This document shows, piece after piece, positions 51,243 to 64,000 of a stretch of 64,000 nucleotides of DNA. Every line of letters starts with the position of its first letter. Positions within the stretch are counted from its first letter, which is position 1. The notes under the pieces are model-generated. The model was not told the origin of the DNA. It searched no databases and saw nothing but the letters and a program-made list of their open reading frames with translations. Source of the stretch: Phoronis australis (Eukaryota > Animalia > Phoronida); assembly GCA_002633005.1 (NCBI GenBank), contig NMRA01000111.1, positions 276,866-340,865 on the forward strand. Reading direction: 5' to 3'. The position numbers and the translations under genes were made by a program.

Positions 51243-51960
51243 CTATACGTATAGCACAGGGTTACGTTTATCAAAATTGACATTCATATATTGCTGAAGG
51301 AGATCTGCATAAGCATTACACACCAACAAAAGGTGCAGTTCGTCTCCAAAGTAGTTTACATTACAGAAAAAGCAAATTGTATTACAGAAATCTATTTTGT
51401 TGCTTCCACTTCCACGTTTAATTTTTGGTTCGCACAACGAAATCTTGAGAAATTTTGTATAGAATGACGAGGTAGATTAAATTGAAAACATTTCTCAGAA
51501 GAGTAATTGTGTTTGAAAGATTTAAAATAGAACACTGTGATTTGTGTTTTTTATGAATTTTAACTGCACAACCTTGTAAGTATGCCTAAAAGCAAATCTC
51601 TCTTTGGAAAATTTGTTTAAAAGTGTTAAATCACATGTTACACCTTGGTTTATCCACACTTCATAGAATCCATAACTGGATAAAAGTGAACTGACAGAGG
51701 AAGACCAATTAAAAAGAAAATCTGCCGTTTCTGTCAAGAATAAATAGCATGTCATACATAGCTCGGACATACTTGCTTGACGGCAATTTCAGTATCTTAG
51801 ACCAAAATTTGTACATGTTATCAAATGTTTTGCAATTAGAGGATAACGCCAGCATTCACTTAATACGGCTGCATTGGAACAAGAAGTTCTGCCACCAAGC
51901 ACCATTTTACAGTATTTCACGTGAAAACGTTGTATGGTGTCATACTTTTTCAGCTGGATG
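51243..51960 (-). mobile_element. Decayed 3' end of a non-LTR retrotransposon ORF2
   Basis: NWSSSVSSLLSSYGFYEVWINQGV and TICFFCNVNYFGDELHLLLVCNAY (C-x2-C...DExH...C terminal motif). Confidence 0.7.
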
Positions 51961-51979
51961 TTAACAACTGTCTTTTACA

Positions 51980-52758
51980 GGGTTTGTTCTAAAAACCCTC
52001 GACCCCATAGCCCACNCCCCCACCCACGACCTGCATCAGCAGCTGTATCTTTCCGCACTTTACACATTCAATAATCATATTTCATCAGTGAACGACTTTC
52101 TTATAAGACGTATCTACACGCTAATTGTGCTGTCTCAAGTTTAGTGGTTAAAAACAGCAAGTGGCGTAGGAACATGATCTGAAATAGAGGATTGAGAGTA
52201 TGCTATCGTTGTCACGGAAATAGTTCTACGAGTGGCTACCAATAGCCCTTATTCACTAAACTTAGGGAGAGAGATGATTAACGTGAATGCACATAATTTT
52301 AGATTGTAACATTTGCTTTATGTTGTATACTCGTATACAATATACTCCATGTAACGTCGAGCTAAGTTTTAGTTAACATATTGTTTTTTTCAAACTGTAT
52401 TTACTGAAAAAATTACATATTCGTCGATCTCTCGCTCTCTCCCAAACGCTTGAATCTGCCATTCACTGAAGAGCCCTCTGCCAGGTACGACATTTGAAAC
52501 CTTGGTAGGCCTCTGATGTGATTAGGTCGCGTTGTTTTTTTGTTCTGTTTTTGGCTTTCAAACTTGCCAAATCGACTCTCTTAATTACAAGAAACAGGCA
52601 AAAACAAGCTGAACTCACGGCCAGGCCTGTGGGTCCTTCAACTCAGCGCTTCCTGTATGTTCAGAAGGAGTCGAGGGTGTTGTGGGCCGTGGATAGAGAG
52701 GGATGTAGGTCGAGGGGGTCGTGGTGTGCGGGGGTCGAGTGAGTTTTAGAACAATCCC
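51980..52758. mobile_element. Third, inverted and more diverged copy of the GGGTCG-repeat element
   Basis: Termini GGGTTTGTTCTAAAA / TTTTAGAACAATCCC; internal sequence is the reverse complement of the 35016-35903 interior. Confidence 0.75.
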
Positions 52759-53281
52759 TATTTCATCGTGCATTTCAAAACCAAAAAATCCAAAATTGTG
52801 ATCGTGGTTTTTCTTTGTTCAGATTCCTGCCGAATTCTAGACGAAAGACGAAGCTATAGATCCGCGAATCGATGATTAAAAATGCCGTCACAGCGCCACC
52901 TATGCCGATTTCTCTATAAGACAATACATCCCGGGCTGTTAAGTGTACTGAAAGCATTGATTGGCATCCGACAAAAGTGCCGTGTAAAATAGTCTATTTG
53001 ATAATCGCCGCTTGACCAGTGAAATCCAGATACCTCAAGTACAGCGTGACGTTGCACTAATCGAATGGAACAAGCAGACATCATTTGACGTGATTGAACA
53101 ACATACCGAATTTTAGTGAAAAACACCCGTTCTTGAAAGCCGGAGTAACGAGAAAAAATCAACAAAACAACAAAACGGAACAGGGAAACCTGGATTTACT
53201 GAAGTCCTAGCGAAAAACAATGCAGACAGCATAAGACGAGGTTATCCACATACAGAATGTCAAAGAGATCAGTCACCGATA

Positions 53282-53500
53282 CATGCGCGCACGCGGGGAG
53301 GGGACGAAGTTGGCAAAAGGTCCGCCCCCCTGAGAGACAAAAAGTCCAAAAAAATGGCACAAAAGTCCACTAAATAAGCGCAAACGCGCAATTCACAGTG
53401 GTGTTCCCGTTTTTTTCAATCCGCCCGCTCTTTTGTTAGCAAAAGGTCCACCACGTCAGGAATTGGAGCCCCACCATATTGAAGGCTGGGTGCGCGCATG
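53282..53500. mobile_element. MITE with CATGCGCGCAC TIRs and 5-bp TSD (CGATA)
   Basis: CATGCGCGCAC...GTGCGCGCATG flanked by CGATA on both sides; internal sequence matches 23112-23350. Confidence 0.85.
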
Positions 53501-54799
53501 CGATAACCGGAGATAGGTCTCTACAAAGCGAAAGAAAACCGCCGCCACACCGCCAATTTGCATCCGATAGGAACAAAAAGCACCTGGGTCCGAGGTCTAA
53601 TCCTTGTACTCGAAATCCAACTGGAAACGTCTTTGACATTTTATGTTTTACTTTTTGTGAACTCAAAAATTTGACACTAATGCTGGTGCCATTATGTGCA
53701 AAATAAGATTATAACGTTATCCACGCAAGCCATTTCGGACTCGAGGATAGAATAATTGATACTGTCCTAAAGTTTGCAAAAAAATACTGAGAACATTTCA
53801 AACAAGTTTCGAATTCGATTTCAAGTAAACAGATTACAATACAGGCCTGGGCCACGAGACACATGTTGTGTGCAAATTTCATGAACACCGCTAGTGACAT
53901 TACCGAGAACGGCGTACAAGCCATGAGGTTCTTGAACACTAAAACTTATGACTGCGCAGCAGCCTGAAAAGTGCACAAGAATTGGATCTTATTGATCAGT
54001 AAAGCTCTAGAAGAACGCGAGAACAATAAATCGGAAAAACTTTATATCAAATGCATGCAGAACTAGAGCTTAGTCAATCGAAATTTGTACAGCGTTCGTG
54101 ACGGCATTACCTTGTAAGCGATATCTCCCTGAAACAATGGGCCTCGATAACTTATCGGGATGAACGCTGTAAAACCATTTCATTTGGATCGAGTGAAAAA
54201 GGCGAATTGTCGCGTGTGTTCAAACTTATTCAGTGTAAAATTCAACTTCACGACAAAACAATATATTATGAAAATTTCATTTCACCAAATAAGTAAGCAA
54301 GACAAAGGAAAAGTCTTGGGTTTCGTGAATAACAAGCAAACTACACAAAAAATTCGCTTCACGACAGAGTAATACTTAGCGAATAGTAGTCTGTCAGGAA
54401 AAAATAGCAAGCAACAAATCCTGTCGACTTCTCTTTTCACTTATGTAATCTTCTGAACTTCAGTTAAAATCATTGTTCAATTTCGGGACTAGTGCTACTG
54501 CCACTGAAATGTAGATTCACGTTTTTGACATACAACGGAAAAAACAAAAAGTAAACATTCCTTCAACAACTTCCCAAAATGACCAAAAAACCTCCTTTGC
54601 AATTCCATTGGAATCATACCATGTTCAAAAATTGGTGAATACCATGATGAAAAAAATACTTTTCACTATAGGCCTAAGCCTCATGCATTGTTATATTTTA
54701 AATTACCATATACAAACCTTACATTAAGTAAGAAGAATAAGTAAAAATATTTGATTGTGTTTTAGAAGAACATTTAGATTTTTCATTGACATCGAAAGT

Positions 54800-55480
54800 T
54801 TTGGCTGAGGCTGCAGGGAGTGAACTTAGGTGACTGATTTCTAAATTTAAGTACTTAAACGGCTTGGGAGATCAAACTTACAAAAAAAAAAAATGTTTGA
54901 CTCTTGCGTCAGTCCTATCCTTGATTATTGTGCTGGAGTTCGGGGTTTTAATCAGCATAGCAAATGTTATGCAGTACAAAATAGGTATAGATGCTGTTTT
55001 CTCTGAGTAAACTGATTGGCGCCAAATGTAGCGGTTCATGACGACATGGCCTGGCATGACTCTGTTTTATGACACCAGTGTTACTAAGGTGATTTTTCTT
55101 TGGGATTATAGGTTGCAACAAATAACGTTAATTAAAACGCTTTCTTTGAATAAGTGCTCTTTTGACAAAGAGTCATCTTGCAAAATTCTGCAAAGGCAAC
55201 TGGCTGACACCTGGTCAGAACAGATCCAAAGAGCGCCCAAATTGGAGAATTCTAAATTTTTTAAAAATTGCTTTTGAAACAGAACTGCACATTAAGCTTC
55301 CACGTGACAGATCTTTACGAACATTTCTTTCTCAGTGTCGCAGTGGAATCCTTCTTCTGAGAATAGAAACGGGAGGTTTCATAGGTTTGTTCTTGGAGGA
55401 CAGACTGTGTGAGAAATGTCAGGCAGGAAAAGGTGAGGATTAGTTTCATTTTTTGCCTCATTGTTGTGTATATACACAAA
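54800..55480 (+). mobile_element. Decayed 3' end of a non-LTR retrotransposon ORF2
   Basis: RTFLSQCRSGILLLRIETGGFIGLFLEDRLCEKCQAGKGED*FHFL with stops and frameshifts; left boundary approximate. Confidence 0.7.
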
Positions 55481-55500
55481 ACGTACCGATAGTGGCGTAC

Positions 55501-55597
55501 CTGAGGTCATATCCCACGAGACATTATTCGGCGTATCGACTGAAACCGAAGGTTGAGGTCGATACGCGGAATAATGTCTCGTGGGATATTACTTCAT
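55501..55597. repeat. Palindromic repeat (partial second copy near 59630-59715)
   Basis: ATATCCCACGAGACATTATTC.GCGTATCGAC / GTCGATACGCGGAATAATGTCTCGTGGGATAT. Confidence 0.75.
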
Positions 55598-56983
55598 GTC
55601 CGCCGATCGAGGTACGTTTTTTTGTTTATCCTAAGTTTCTTTCATTTTTGCTGCACATTTTTAAATACTTCACTCAGACTGCTCACGTAGCGGATCACAA
55701 CCTATATGCGCGTTAGGTTGCATGTTTTCTCTAGTATAAGAAACAGTTTTAAATGTAACGATTTATTACTTGAGATAACAGAGAGGAAAACAACGGCAAC
55801 TTAGCACTGAACTTGTATCATCTCCTGAAAATAGTTAAATAACAACAATACTTGATACTGTAGTTACCGAGGAATCCGCGCCTGAGTTGCAGACAATATA
55901 ATATTTAGCAAATGAAATCTGAGACAGAACTGTCATGTAATTAACAGCCCTGCTCCAGATGTTACGATTGCTATAATTGTATCACTTTAAATAAATTATT
56001 TTCGGAAAGTTTAATGATCTAACCAGCTAACGACGTCGAGTCGACATTGCCCTACCGTTTGAACTTTCTATGAAAAAGGTCACTGCAGTGCGGGAGGTGA
56101 ATACATGGCAGTATTTCCCTCCACAGACTCAACGCGTATGGAAAAATGACAATCTAAGAGAAAAGTGTTTGATGCTTTTCGCACTATGTTTAGCCTAGAC
56201 CCCAAATAATTCTTGAATAGTGAATTTTTATGTATCATGTTTTCTAATGTAAGTACCATACATTCTTTAGGTTAACATCTCAGGGATTCCTTTTCAATCC
56301 GGAAATTAAATGTGTATTCTACTGTTTCGTAACTCCTGTTGCTCTTGTTGGAGTGGCATGTCTCAGTTCCTTCCATGTTCTTCCACGATTCTTTCCACGT
56401 TGTGATTAGTTAGTTATTGTTCAATTGCTACAATAATGCACACACATAGAATCTTCCTTGTTCCTCCATGTTGTCATTAACTAATTTGTTTTTATTGTTA
56501 CAGTATTGTAAGCCTCTTCGAGGCTAGATGCTTCTTAGGCACGATACTTAAAACAAAGAAAACACAAAAAATAAATAATATTCCGTAGGTACATGTACAG
56601 CGAAACGCGTAAAAATGTCTTTGAAATTAAAAACTGTCTTTACAAATAATCTGTATTTCGCCTGGAGAGTTAAAAAGCAAAACAGAAACCACAACTCGTA
56701 CGTTGAAATAATAGAGAGTCGGAAGTTTCAAAATCAATGGCGATTGATAAAAGAGGGAAATCACATGAATGCAATTCACGGTTCATTCCGCATAGCAGGA
56801 CTGCAGACCACGAGAGATAACTTCAAAATAAGCAAAATGATATTTAGCCAGTCAAATGTTTTTGTGTAACAAATCCAAGTACGTGGTTTAAGTCAACGCA
56901 TTGAAATTCAACTTTGTACATGTACGGAACTACATACTTCAAACAATTTTAACACAGTTTTAATTACATGTGCACTAACTTAC

Positions 56984-57097
56984 AGCCTGGAGAACAGAAT
57001 CCGCAGAATTTGGGACAGCTGTATCTGGCCCATGACTCCTGGTCAATGCATACAGATCTGCTGTAGTCATGGCAATTTGTTATCTTGTCCTCACATG
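56984..57097 (-). CDS. ShKT domain exon (phase 1-1)
   Basis: Minus strand tttcaaaacag|CA...GGC T|gtaagt, 114 nt: CEDKITNCHDYSRSVCIDQESWARYSCPKFCGFCSPG; paralogous to the 59198-59314 exon. Confidence 0.85.
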
Positions 57098-57545
57098 CTG
57101 TTTTGAAATAAATGAAAGCATTAATTTTGCAGTACGGTTTCCTAACATCTTACTTTCTACGAGCAAAATACACAGGATGTTTGGGAAATGTTGTGACATG
57201 ATCTTACTCTTACAAGAATTGAGTGAACGTACCATGTACTGTGTTTTCATTCACAATGCTTTTCAATACATAACCACTTTAGGATCTCTCACCAGTACTA
57301 CCATCTTCATGAACGACTACAATGGCCTGATCATTGTCATTGTATGACCTGGAGTAGTTTTCAAAATGTACTACACTGGAATTAACAAGAATCTGACAGA
57401 CTGGGCGAAACACTGTACGAGAATGCCTGTGAAAGTGAGAGTGGAGACAGTTAAAAACGTTTACTAAAAAGGGACTATCTCAGTTACGCAAAATAGTAAT
57501 CTGCACCTGCTCAAATAATCAAGATGGCAGTTAGTTTGACTTTAC

Positions 57546-57574
57546 TTCAGTTGTAGTCACAAGCGGAGTTGTGG
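57546..57574 (-). other. Third micro-exon copy (TTPLVTTTE), 29 nt, possibly non-functional
   Basis: gtgtttcag|CC ACA ACT CCG CTT GTG ACT ACA ACT GAA|gtaaag; one base shorter than its paralogues, so the phase is not preserved. Lies between the two ShKT exons. Confidence 0.4.
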
Positions 57575-57799
57575 CTGAAACACGTAATATAAGTTATACG
57601 TTAGAGTGCACCGTATATATGGAGGATGAGGAAATGTCTTGGAGATTATATCAGAATCAGAAATGTTTACTTATGTATGTAGACCTTGGCCTCATAATAC
57701 AATTCACGTTAAAACTTTCCAATAACAATTTTTCGGATTCTAATATAGTTGCTCTTGGAATAGATAATGCCAGGCTTGTACTTCACATGGATCGTGACT

Positions 57800-58120
57800 A
57801 ACTACTGTGGCATTATCTGTAATAATCATCAGCAAAAGTTTCTGTGCACATCACCAAGGTCAGGGCAGTGACACACAAACGAATATCGTTTTCAATTTGA
57901 CCAGTATTGCGTATTCCACAAATTCTCTCATCTGGGGTTAGACCTGCGTGCCGCCCTGTTTCAATGTACAGCTTGTGCATTGAACTAGTAAGTAGTTTCC
58001 TTAGCGAGGAGTCTAAAACATGGACGTATTTTTCACACAGTACTTCCGTTTTGACAGAACAACAAAATTGATAATTAGTTGAAGTATTAATTACAAAGTG
58101 CCAATTTTGTACGTAGAAGT
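57800..58120 (-). mobile_element. Decayed 3' end of a non-LTR retrotransposon ORF2
   Basis: EKYVHVLDSSLRKLLTSSMHKLYIETGRHAGLTPDERIC on the minus strand. Confidence 0.65.
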
Positions 58121-59197
58121 CAATTAATCCCTTACAAAATTTTGAAATGAATAAATCTACGTCACCCGGTCCGTATAATCATACCTTCCACACCCGTAGG
58201 TGAATCATAGCATTTTCACAGAACCTACCCAGTTTGTTGTCTCTAAAAGTAATCTCTATTTTACCTTGAGGGCTAAATATCAAATTTGAACCACAGCACA
58301 TACGTTGAAACAACAAATGGTTTGAAGGGTGACAATAAACAAAAAAAACACGATGAACCGTTTTGCCTCAAAAGAACAGACTACGACAGTCGAGTGTAGC
58401 GATACGCTTTGCGTGCAAAGGTCATCTTCATCAGACAAAAATGCGAACTGTAGCTTGCGTATACATGTACATTAACTTAGAAAAATCACCACAAAACATC
58501 ATACAAAAGATATAATTGCTCTTTGCCAAATAATTACAGTATGACAAAGCGTTTGACTTGTCATTCGTTCAATAACAAGCAAGCAGTCAAACAAGCAAAT
58601 ATAGTTCGAGACAAATTAAGATAATAACAAGTTTTACTTCGCAAAGTAAAAACTCATGTTCGTACTAAGTAACAAATGGCAAATTTTATTGATTTCTTTG
58701 TCGTTTTTTGTGTACTCTGGAAGCAAAATTTTGTTGATTTCTCAATGGGTTTATAGTTAGCTACACGTCCAAAACAACACCCACAATGTTGGTAATGTCG
58801 GTTAAAACCCGCATAAAATTCTGTAACTGTGAAAAAACTGTAATATTGAGCATCAAAATAGAATCCGCAATACATCCGATGAACCAAGTGACGATGTGGA
58901 TGAGATCCGTGATGGGAAATCTAGTGGGCCGTCGGTTCTTACATCTCAATCTAAGTGCTCAAAGAGAGAAGCTACCTGAATAGGTTTTCTAGAACTTTAC
59001 AAATACCAGGAAAATGTCCATGGGATTATTTTCAAAAGGAATTGATTTGATATTAGCCCAGAAATTCTTTAATAATTTCGAATAACTAGAATGAATGTCA
59101 AGATTTCGATGCATTCAAATTCTACCTCGCTTGTGTGACAAACTTGTGTAATGTATATAAGTTATCAACAATTTTAAACTGCGTGTGGCTAACTTAC

Positions 59198-59314
59198 TGG
59201 CTCCAATACAGAATCCGCAGAATTTGGCGCAGTTGCGTCTTGCCCATGGCTCATAATCACCAGTACATGTAGATCTGCCGTAGGAATAGCAACGTCGGTT
59301 CAAGTCTTCACAGC
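59198..59314 (-). CDS. ShKT (ShK toxin-like) domain exon (phase 1-1)
   Basis: Minus strand tttcaaaccag|GC...GCC A|gtaagt, 117 nt: CEDLNRRCYSYGRSTCTGDYEPWARRNCAKFCGFCIGA; six-Cys ShKT pattern ending CxxxCxxC. Confidence 0.85.
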
Positions 59315-60361
59315 CTGGTTTGAAAGAAATCGAAGCATTCGTTTAATTTCAGTTGCATTCCAACTTAATTGTCACAAGCACAGTACATAAAATTCACGCG
59401 AGAAACCACTGTGAAAAGATCTCGAGCTGACTAGTAATGCCACTTTTGTCGTCATTGCCAACGTGGTCGTGACAATGTTAGCACAGAATTTTGTCCTACT
59501 GCCTTATATCTCACGAAAGATGTACGCTAAGTAAAAATTGAAAAATTTTCAATAACAATGCCATCTTTTGTCCGGTTTAACCTTGAGGAGCTTTTAGGTG
59601 TAAGGTCTCCCGTTCGACAAAAACGCTGTCGACATTGGTCTAGTCCGCGTATCGATCTCGTCCGTCGGTCTCGGTTGATACGCGCATTAATGTCTCGTGG
59701 GATATTACTTCATGTACGCTACTCTCGGTACGTTTTGTGTATTTATTTATGATATAATTTTTTAATCCTTTCCTTCAGTTAAACCACACACCATCCAGTG
59801 CCGATGAAGGGCTTTTAATGACATGACTCTCATGCAATTCCGATGAAAAATGTTGGAGTTGCGAAAAGTTTTAGCGAAAACAAGAACCAACCCCGGAATA
59901 ACGGAAGGCAAATTCCACGCAGTCAAGTCGTAACCTCAACAGATCCAAGATAGCGTTGAAGGGCTAGAAACAATTTCTGTATTTAACTAAGTTCAAAATA
60001 CATCAATCCCGTTCCATGAAGTTTCCCAACACAAGAATTAAAATCGAAATACCGCGGGTCTGAGCTAAGACTGAAAGTTAGCCTGCTACGTTAGTGGCTT
60101 GAGATAGCATTTTGGTCTAAATGATCCCACATTTACGAATGCCATTAACACCGAGGTACAAATTTCACGGTTAAATTTCACAATCTGTTGTCCATGAACA
60201 ACGATACTTGAACACATGAAATGATATATCCATACACTGTCTCCGCACTTAAAATTCTAGTCTACCACGCGTCACGTTGTTATTGTTGAACAATGCACAT
60301 GACGTTATGTAACAAGCAAACTTATCCAGTGTATAACTTTTGAAGCTTTATGCAACTCAGT

Positions 60362-60770
60362 CCTGGGCCCGGTCTCTAATCTTTATACTCGAAACGAACT
60401 CGAAACTATTTTTGGCAATTTCTCAGCTCTTTTTGTGCGAACTTAAGACAATTGGTTATCAGAATGTGCTCGAATACATTATAGTCTATGCATAGGAGTT
60501 TCTAGTTCAAGTTTGCCCTTGATGACCCTTATATTCGTGCTACAAACTCGAGTAAAAACACGAAATTTCGAGTTCAAACTCCAACTTATTGCTTTAATAT
60601 TGGGTTTACAAACTGTGAACTAAGGGCAATAAATTACCTACGTAAGTTATTGTGTACTCGAGCATAGAATAATAGACACTTATCTTGAGTTCGCCCAAAA
60701 GTAGAGTAGAAAATGCCAAACATAAATTCGAGTTCCATTTCGAGTAAAAAGATTGGAGACCGGGCTCTGG
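60362..60770. mobile_element. MITE (about 410 bp) with GCCCGGTCTC TIRs
   Basis: GCCCGGTCTCTAATCTTT.TACTCGAAA / TTTCGAGTAAAAAGATTGGAGACCGGGC; related older copies start near 23714, 29345 and 53584. Confidence 0.75.
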
Positions 60771-61829
60771 TCTTAGTCTATCAGCAAATAATAAGAACAA
60801 CTAATACTCTGTAGATAACGACATTCCTTAAAAGTTTTCTAAACGTGCAAGCGTGACCTATGTTTTAGGCGAGTTACACAACTGTAGAGATTTACCAACT
60901 AGCAAAATTTTGAAATTTTGCCATTCTCTATGTTTTTTCAGCAGTTTTGTCCAAAAATAAGAAAATTGCCCGCGGGTGGAATTTTTGATTTGACTTTTAT
61001 CGAGAGCATTGTTATTTCAGTCTAAAATTGATTTTGGGATAACAATAATATGACACTTAGATGAAGCAGGAATTTTGTAGAACCGTTTATGTTAATTAGT
61101 TTTCTCCTAATTAATGAACATAATCGCAATTTTCCGTCCGCAACATTTTGGGTATAATATTTGGATTTAGAAAAAATCTAATAAGCATATTTACACTAAA
61201 CTTAAAATTCCGTTATAACTTCAAAATGGAAATAATATATCAAAGATTGAAAGTTAATGAATTCCCAATGTCTGAATTAAATTAGCACAAAATATCTCGT
61301 GGACGGAAAATTCTGTCGCCGATGGAATTTCTGAAAGTGCATTTACGTGCTTATCTACTTCATAACGTTTTTTCAGCTCATGTTTGACTGCAAAATGTGC
61401 TATGTAAATGTAAATCATTTGACCCAACAAGCTTATACATGACAAAAACAATTGGCAAAATATAAAGATGAACCCTTTTCAAAAGTACTTTAAGCAGGTT
61501 TGAAAGAAAACATTACGACGTGAAGTGTAGACATTTTTAATAATGTACTCTTACAATTACAAAACACGATGCCACCAAAATTAATTTTTCTGCTAAATGG
61601 ACGACACGCTTGTCAGCTTTACTCAGTGTTACATACAGCTTTCATAGTATGTTACGGATTATATAGGTCTTAGCGGCAGTTCAAATGAGCGAACAAGATT
61701 GTCGATTATTTTCGTTTTGTGATATCAGTGTTGGCAAGGTTTTCTCATCAAGGATGACAAGCTTAAAAGCACAATGATGGCAAAAACAAACCACAGAACA
61801 GAAAGATGAATCCATAGACATCTTATTAA

Positions 61830-62690
61830 AGACAGCCTCAAGCGGTTAAAACCCTTTTTTGACACCAGAAATGCAAGTACTGGTCATAAAAATATTGTTT
61901 TTGTTTCTTACATACCACGGAAAGTAATTAATTGAAACGCAAATTACACCGCTCATAATTCGTAGCCTCTTCGAGCGCCCCAGAAAAAATCTCAACCAAT
62001 CAGCGTAAAGTGGTTCATATGACATCATCGCGTGACCACGAAATTACTCGGAAGCCACACTGCGTAACAGATGAGTGCCATTTCTTGGACGTTCTGTACT
62101 TGTCGATCTCAGGGTTAAAATGCCTCGGTGCTTGGTGTGAGGGTGTATCAATGTCAGCGGCAATGGCATACATTCGCACAACTTCCCCACCAATCCCGTC
62201 GTGTGCCGTGCGTGGAATAGATTGGTGACCACGACAAGGACTGGCGATTCCCGAGCGGCAACAGTTTTAGGCTAGGCGCAAAGCTGTATACAAAATCTAT
62301 ATCTTCGCGCCGATGTGGGTAAAAATGACTCAATAAAATCTGACTCAGAAGTAGTGTCATTAAAAGCTGCACCGCTCTTTGAGTAAATGAAATTATTCAC
62401 CGGTGTTGGAAGAATTATCGTTCAACTGCTCATCTACTGCTAAAATTGAAGCGCGCTCTTGTGAGTCGGCTTTTAGCGATTACGTCACCTAACGTGAATG
62501 GCCGGTATAATCTTCTAACAACTGTGATCTTTACTGCAACGAGGTGGCGCACAGTCACAACAAATTGTCTGAACTTGTTTCATTTCGTTACAAGTTATTA
62601 GAATATTTAAGACAAGCAAACCGAATTTAGCAGAAACTTTACTGCTCCAAAGCTGCGTCATGTCCCAAAAGAAGTCGCAAAGTTTTAATA
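61830..62690 (+). mobile_element. Decayed THAP-bearing DNA transposon fragment (second copy)
   Basis: Starts TTAA|AGACAGCC; MPRCLV*GCINVSGNGIHSHNFPTNPVVCRAWNRLV from 62120, with the C-x4-C, FP and W features of a THAP N-terminus. Confidence 0.6.
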
Positions 62691-64000
62691 CGGCACGTGC
62701 GCGTGTCACGAGCGTACTGTTTTCAAAACGACGACAGACTTTCTTCGTTACAAAACTCAAAAGGTGGAGAGTAATGCTAGAAAAATGACGTTTATTAGAT
62801 TGGTTTTCACTTAAACGAATGGCAACGGGCAAGGTCACTAGGTGAGTGTCCGAATTGTCTCCCAGATTTTGCACGCACCCCGGCCGTCGGTCGTTGGCTC
62901 TGCGATATGTTTCACGACGAGGTGACTAACACAACTCATACCCGGCCAGTATGACATTTCGTGGTTTAACAGAGCTCAATTCACAGTGTTACTTAGCTGT
63001 ATTTTGGCGATAGTCTTCTAACAGCTAGCTGGCTGGCTACAAAAAATCTGCAGTGTGCACTACGACGTTTCATGTTACTGTTCCGGCCCAGTGTATAGGG
63101 AATCCGGCCCAAATCCGGAATATTCTGTCTGATTTTGGTGGTTCCCGTAGGCCTAACGGAATTCTGATACTGAATTTAAAACATTCAATTGATTACGAAT
63201 TCTTATAATTGGGTCTGTTTTCATGCAATCGAAACTTTATTTCGTAGTTTTAATTGATTACGGACACTCACAATGTTGTATTGCTATTAAATTTTCATTT
63301 TTTGAGTTTGACCGAGTCAAAATGGCGGCGATTACGGGTTGCAGCATTTGAAGTTGACTTATTTTGAAAATTGAGTTTCTAATATAAAATTTTCTATAAA
63401 TTTGTATGTAATTGCTTCATACGAAAAGATCAAGCTGATATGTGTTGTAACGTTTCCAAGTATTTTGCATCAAATTAAACGGCCTATTGTCGCCTATACC
63501 AATACGCACAGACACTCGACAGCCGCCCGTATTGGAATCGCGCAGCGTTCACACCTTCGGCTTCAAAAAGACATGAATGCAAAAATCCTAACATCAAAAT
63601 TTTTGTATCAAGCAAATTACACTTTATAATAAACTTTGTAAAATTGCTGAGAACAATTCAGACGAAGCGTTTTGTTTTTCCGGCTGTTTCGGTGGCCCCA
63701 GTCACACTCCCGGAGATTCCCATACGGGCCCGTAGGCCTATTAGAATGTGTGCTAGATAATTGAATAAAATGTTCTAAAGGCAATGATTGTGATTAATTT
63801 TATTATTAACTGACATGAAATGAAAAATTAATGTGTTTCCTTGATTTTCCACGTATTTTACACTAAATTAAACGGCCAATCACCTCTGATTCCAATACTG
63901 GGGAGAAACGGTGAAAGACGAATTCGTTGTAACGATGATGTCATAGACTTCGTTTAGTGCAAGCGCCATCTCAAGTTTTTTTGGCGCTAAATGGGGTTCG

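Noticed and set aside
57233-57426. Additional exon between the ShKT exons
   Set aside because: An acceptor is present, but the phase-0 and phase-1 frames hit stops; only a phase-2 reading is partly open and no matching upstream donor was found.
58654-58983. Third ShKT exon (YCGFY resembles FCGFC)
   Set aside because: Lacks the six-cysteine pattern and usable splice sites.

Overview
AT-rich, intron-containing animal genomic DNA, probably a marine invertebrate (a lophotrochozoan is my guess from the ShKT/PAN domain style). Most ORFs in the six-frame track are noise; the real genes appear only after splicing. Supported content: (1) a complete 9-exon secreted matrix metalloproteinase (4725-11346, +, 512 aa); (2) a 2-exon gene (15043-18183, +, 266 aa) whose spliced product has a signal peptide and an intact HxE-x27-PCxxC zinc-deaminase motif, i.e. 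a secreted AID/APOBEC-like (SNAD-type) deaminase, hidden in the ORF track because an intron splits the active site; (3) four phase-1/1 PAN/apple-like exons (23415-30587, +) with no visible first exon, in a phase compatible with a donor inside the deaminase exon; (4) minus-strand ShKT exons and Thr-rich micro-exons (49809-59314); (5) a 2295-bp near-perfect inverted duplication ending at an assembly N; (6) many MITEs, tRNA-derived SINEs and decayed LINE, Copia and THAP-transposon fragments. All gene models and family names were assigned by eye; no database searches were run.
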